From: Terriglobia bacterium | GTDB taxonomy: Bacteria > Acidobacteriota > Terriglobia > 20CM-2-55-15 | Direction: 5' to 3' | Assembly (NCBI GenBank): GCA_965218585.1 | Contig: CBDCLE010000003.1 | Coordinates: forward strand, 224,001 to 288,000 | Length of the DNA: 64,000 nt | Part shown: positions 61,085 to 64,000 of the stretch, in pieces | Numbering within the stretch: the first letter of the stretch is position 1 | How the letters are laid out: each line of letters begins with the position of its first letter | Notes under the pieces: model-generated | Databases searched by the model: none | Seen by the model: the letters and a program-made list of their open reading frames with translations, nothing else | What the model was told of the DNA's origin: nothing | Position numbers and translations under genes: made by a program

Positions 61085-62904
61085 GTAGCGGGCCGGTAAG
61101 AACTAAGTTGCGCTCGAGAATTCGAGACATGCAACCCAACAGATCCATCCTGGCTGCGGCCTTGCTAACTGGGCTGCTCGTGTTACCGGTTGGGCTCCAG
61201 GCACAGACGGAATGGATTGCTCTCGGTTCGGAACACTTCCTTCTCTACACCGAGACCAACGCCAACAAGGGGGGCCGGCTTCTTGCGGACCTCGAAGAGC
61301 GCTACCAGGCGTTTTATCGCGTCTTCTATCCGTTGGAATCGAGAGCCTCGCATATTCGAATTGTGTTGTTCGACAACAGGCAGAACTTTCTGGAGTGGGT
61401 ACCGGAGGCCTTGACGATCCACGATAAGGCCGCGTTTCTCGTTCAAGGAAGTGGTGGTCCCTTTGTGCTCGCACGCGACAGTTCGCCTGAATCCATAGCA
61501 GACGACGTGGGGCATTCGCTGGGACACCTGCTTTTGTCGCGAGCTGTCTTATGGCAACCCTTCTGGCTGCAAGAGGGGGTAGGCGAGTACTTGAGGCGAC
61601 TCGGCCGTGGCGGGGGCGAGGACGCGCTGTCTCGTGCAGAGGGATTTTCTCTTACAGATGTCTTAGAGATTGTACCCAGCCAGGGTTACGACGACCTTGA
61701 TGAAGGAGGCGTGTTCCGACGTCAGTCCTACCACTTGCTTCGTGTTCTCGTGGATCGGCATCCGGAGCAGCTGGGCGCTTATCTGGCGTCGCTCGGGCAA
61801 GAAGACGGATCCGATTCGGTCCCTACTTTGGATGGACTGGAAGACGAATTGTTTCAGTATGAGGACTCGGCCTTACCTCTCACGATCACCAATTCGGACT
61901 TCCAGGCCACGCCCGTCGGGGCCGGGGAACTTGACGCCATGTTGGGAGACCTTGCTGCCTCTGCCGGATTCGAGCGTCGCGCCAGAGATTCCTATGCACA
62001 GAGCCCGGTAGAAGCCGCCCGCATCGGTTTGGCCAGGTTCGACCAGGGTCGAGCCGGGTCAGGAGGGCGCCAGACCTTTGAACGACTTGTGGTGGATTTC
62101 CCAGAGTCGGGGCTCGCTCACTACTATCTGGGAATCCTGGAGCCGGAAACAGATGAGGATCTCAAGACGCAGATTGCTGCGCTCGAGCGTGCCGTTCGAT
62201 TGATGCCACGGTCGGGACAGGCGCGGGCGGAGCTGGGTTGGTTATATGCCCTGGATGAGAGACCCTCTGAGACAAGGACACTGATCGAGGAAGCGTTGGA
62301 ACTGGAGCCTGAATTTGGAGATCGTTTCTACCAGATACTCGCTGAGGTTCGAATGCGTCTTGGCGATTATGACGCTGCCCGAGAGTACATCCAGATAGCC
62401 GCCTCCCTTCCCCATTCTCCTCTCTCGTCACGGGAACGTCCCGAGCGGCTTGCACCGGACTTCTATCGGGAGATCGAGTCGCGTCGCCGTGAAGAGGAAG
62501 CTGAACGTTTAGATGACCTGAGGACCGAGGTCGAGGCCCTGGTGGACCGGGTCGATCCGAGACCTGTTCCCGTTGCCCGGGCGCCCGCACCTGTCGGTCG
62601 GATCAGTTACTCGATAAGGTCTGGTGCAGGCGAGGAGATAACGGCTCCCGAGATAAGGGAGGCACCGATGCCCGATTATACGATTGATCTGAGGCGTCGG
62701 GGTGTCGAGGGAAGGGTCGTTTTGGAAGTTGATCTGGATCGCAGGGGAAGGATCTCGGATCTGCGTGTCCGGAGTTCTGAGGATCTCGCGCTGTCGGAGG
62801 CCGCTCTCGAGGCCGTCAGCACGTGGCAGTTTGATCCCGCCAGGCGAGGTTTTGAGTCGACGACGTACTCGTTTCGGCTGACAATGACCTTCTATCTGGA
62901 ATAG
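61081..62904 (+). CDS. Exported TPR protein with a degenerate zincin-like domain and C-terminal TonB domain
   Basis: W....SEHF, GHSLGH..PFWLQEGVGEY, TPRs, then PDYT...RRRGVEGRVVLEV..D..G.I..AALEAV..WQF.PA; the start may be the later MQPNR. Confidence 0.75.
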   Translation: MSSGPVRTKLRSRIRDMQPNRSILAAALLTGLLVLPVGLQAQTEWIALGSEHFLLYTETNANKGGRLLADLEERYQAFYRVFYPLESRASHIRIVLFDNRQNFLEWVPEALTIHDKAAFLVQGSGGPFVLARDSSPESIADDVGHSLGHLLLSRAVLWQPFWLQEGVGEYLRRLGRGGGEDALSRAEGFSLTDVLEIVPSQGYDDLDEGGVFRRQSYHLLRVLVDRHPEQLGAYLASLGQEDGSDSVPTLDGLEDELFQYEDSALPLTITNSDFQATPVGAGELDAMLGDLAASAGFERRARDSYAQSPVEAARIGLARFDQGRAGSGGRQTFERLVVDFPESGLAHYYLGILEPETDEDLKTQIAALERAVRLMPRSGQARAELGWLYALDERPSETRTLIEEALELEPEFGDRFYQILAEVRMRLGDYDAAREYIQIAASLPHSPLSSRERPERLAPDFYREIESRRREEEAERLDDLRTEVEALVDRVDPRPVPVARAPAPVGRISYSIRSGAGEEITAPEIREAPMPDYTIDLRRRGVEGRVVLEVDLDRRGRISDLRVRSSEDLALSEAALEAVSTWQFDPARRGFESTTYSFRLTMTFYLE

Positions 62905-62947
62905 AGACAGCTTCGCCTTCTTTTTTTGTCGCTGAAGAGCTTATTGA

Positions 62948-63754
62948 ATGACCTTGCGAAACGTCTGGTTTTTTCTGATCCGGTTGAAGGCCAACCGCAA
63001 CCTCTTACGCAATCTGGTCGTCCGCGATCTGAAGCATCGCTATGTTGGCTCGGTTGGGGGATTCTTCTGGTCAGTGATCCATCCCATCGTACTTCTCATC
63101 TGTTATTACTTCGTCCTGACGGTGGTTATGGGCATGCGTCTGGGCGAGGAATACGCAACGCAGAACTACGCGCTCTATCTTTTCTGCGGGATATTGCCGT
63201 GGTTGATGTTTCAGGAAACAGTGTTACGGAACTGTACGTCGGTGACCGACAACGCCAGCCTGATCACAAAGACCATCATTCCTTCTGAAATCCTGCCGAT
63301 GTCAGTCATGATTTCGAACCTGATTCATCATCTGATTGGTCTCGCCATCTTGATAGGCGCGCTCCTGCTGTTCCACACAGTGGAGCTGTCCATCCTTTGG
63401 GTGTTTGCCTACATGCCGATTCTGATCCTTCTCGCGCAGGGACTGGGTTGGCTCGTCTCGAGTCTTAACGTGTTCTTCCGGGATACCAGCCAGATATTGA
63501 CCGTGACAATGATTTTCTGGTTTTGGTTTACACCGATTTTTTATCCTCCAGAACTCGTGCCTGAACGTTTCCAGTTGATCTTGGCTGTGAATCCGATGGC
63601 GACGCTCGTTAGCGGATACAGGAATGCCTTTTTGCAGATGCAACCTCCTGGCCTGGATCACATCCTGATCCTTCTGGGCTGGACTGGGGTTATCTTTCTG
63701 GTGGGGGCCTTGTTCTTCCGCCAGTCCAAGGCGGCCTTCGCTGACGTGTTGTAG
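62948..63754 (+). CDS. wzm: ABC-2 type polysaccharide export permease (Wzm/TagG-like)
   Basis: RDLKHRYVGS..GFFW..IHP, G.LPW..F, FRD, TPIFY, NPM and FADVL motifs. Confidence 0.88.
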   Translation: MTLRNVWFFLIRLKANRNLLRNLVVRDLKHRYVGSVGGFFWSVIHPIVLLICYYFVLTVVMGMRLGEEYATQNYALYLFCGILPWLMFQETVLRNCTSVTDNASLITKTIIPSEILPMSVMISNLIHHLIGLAILIGALLLFHTVELSILWVFAYMPILILLAQGLGWLVSSLNVFFRDTSQILTVTMIFWFWFTPIFYPPELVPERFQLILAVNPMATLVSGYRNAFLQMQPPGLDHILILLGWTGVIFLVGALFFRQSKAAFADVL

Positions 63755-63783
63755 CGGTTCGGGTTTCGGCGGCTCGGCTTTGC

Positions 63784-63999
63784 TTATGATCCGAACAGTA
63801 AACGTCGTATTTCGCGCAGTTTCGTGAAGACGACGAACGCCCGCGCAGCTTTGATGTCGGCCAATTCCTGAACGACCCTTTTGGCTTTGTTCAGATCCGC
63901 TTCGATCCTGCTGATATACAGGTTCTTTTCGCTGAGCGTTCTTTCAAGGGATTCGATGTAGGTGCTCGCTTCTTTATGCTCGCGATCGAGCTGCTCGCC
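63784..63999 (-). CDS. C-terminal coiled-coil end of a gene running off the window
   Basis: Manual translation: GEQLDREHKEASTYIESLERTLSEKNLYISRIEADLNKAKRVVQELADIKAARAFVVFTKLREIRRLLFGS*. Confidence 0.6.
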   Translation of the reverse strand, partial: GEQLDREHKEASTYIESLERTLSEKNLYISRIEADLNKAKRVVQELADIKAARAFVVFTKLREIRRLLFGS

Positions 64000-64000
64000 G

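Overview
Bacterial window of moderately high GC from a diderm (lpxD present). The gene inventory (paired MacB-type permeases, DUF5916, HEAT/TPR/TonB-C proteins) suggests Acidobacteriota, which is an inference. About 1-28.8 kb is an accessory region dominated by exported enzymes: M14, S9 and M28 peptidases, an amidase, a sulfatase, three Tat-signal PLP enzymes (two from a tandem duplication), an Ig/LVIVD protein, a PQQ dehydrogenase, a YeeE transporter and a triply frameshifted molybdoenzyme. About 28.8-64 kb is mostly housekeeping: hemE-hemH-hemY-lpxD-fbp, tex, gltX-accD-folC, hslVU, transaldolase and wzm. The best leads are (i) an orphan PilB/GspE ATPase with a cNMP-binding domain where the c-di-GMP-binding MshEN motif normally sits, (ii) periplasm-targeted PLP enzymes, (iii) an atypical PQQ dehydrogenase next to YeeE, (iv) a pair of TPR proteins with degenerate zincin motifs, one ending in TonB-C, (v) gene decay by short tandem duplications, and (vi) three families of small palindromic intergenic repeats. 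No rRNA, tRNA, CRISPR array, integrase or transposase was recognised. All calls come from motif reading by eye; no searches were run.
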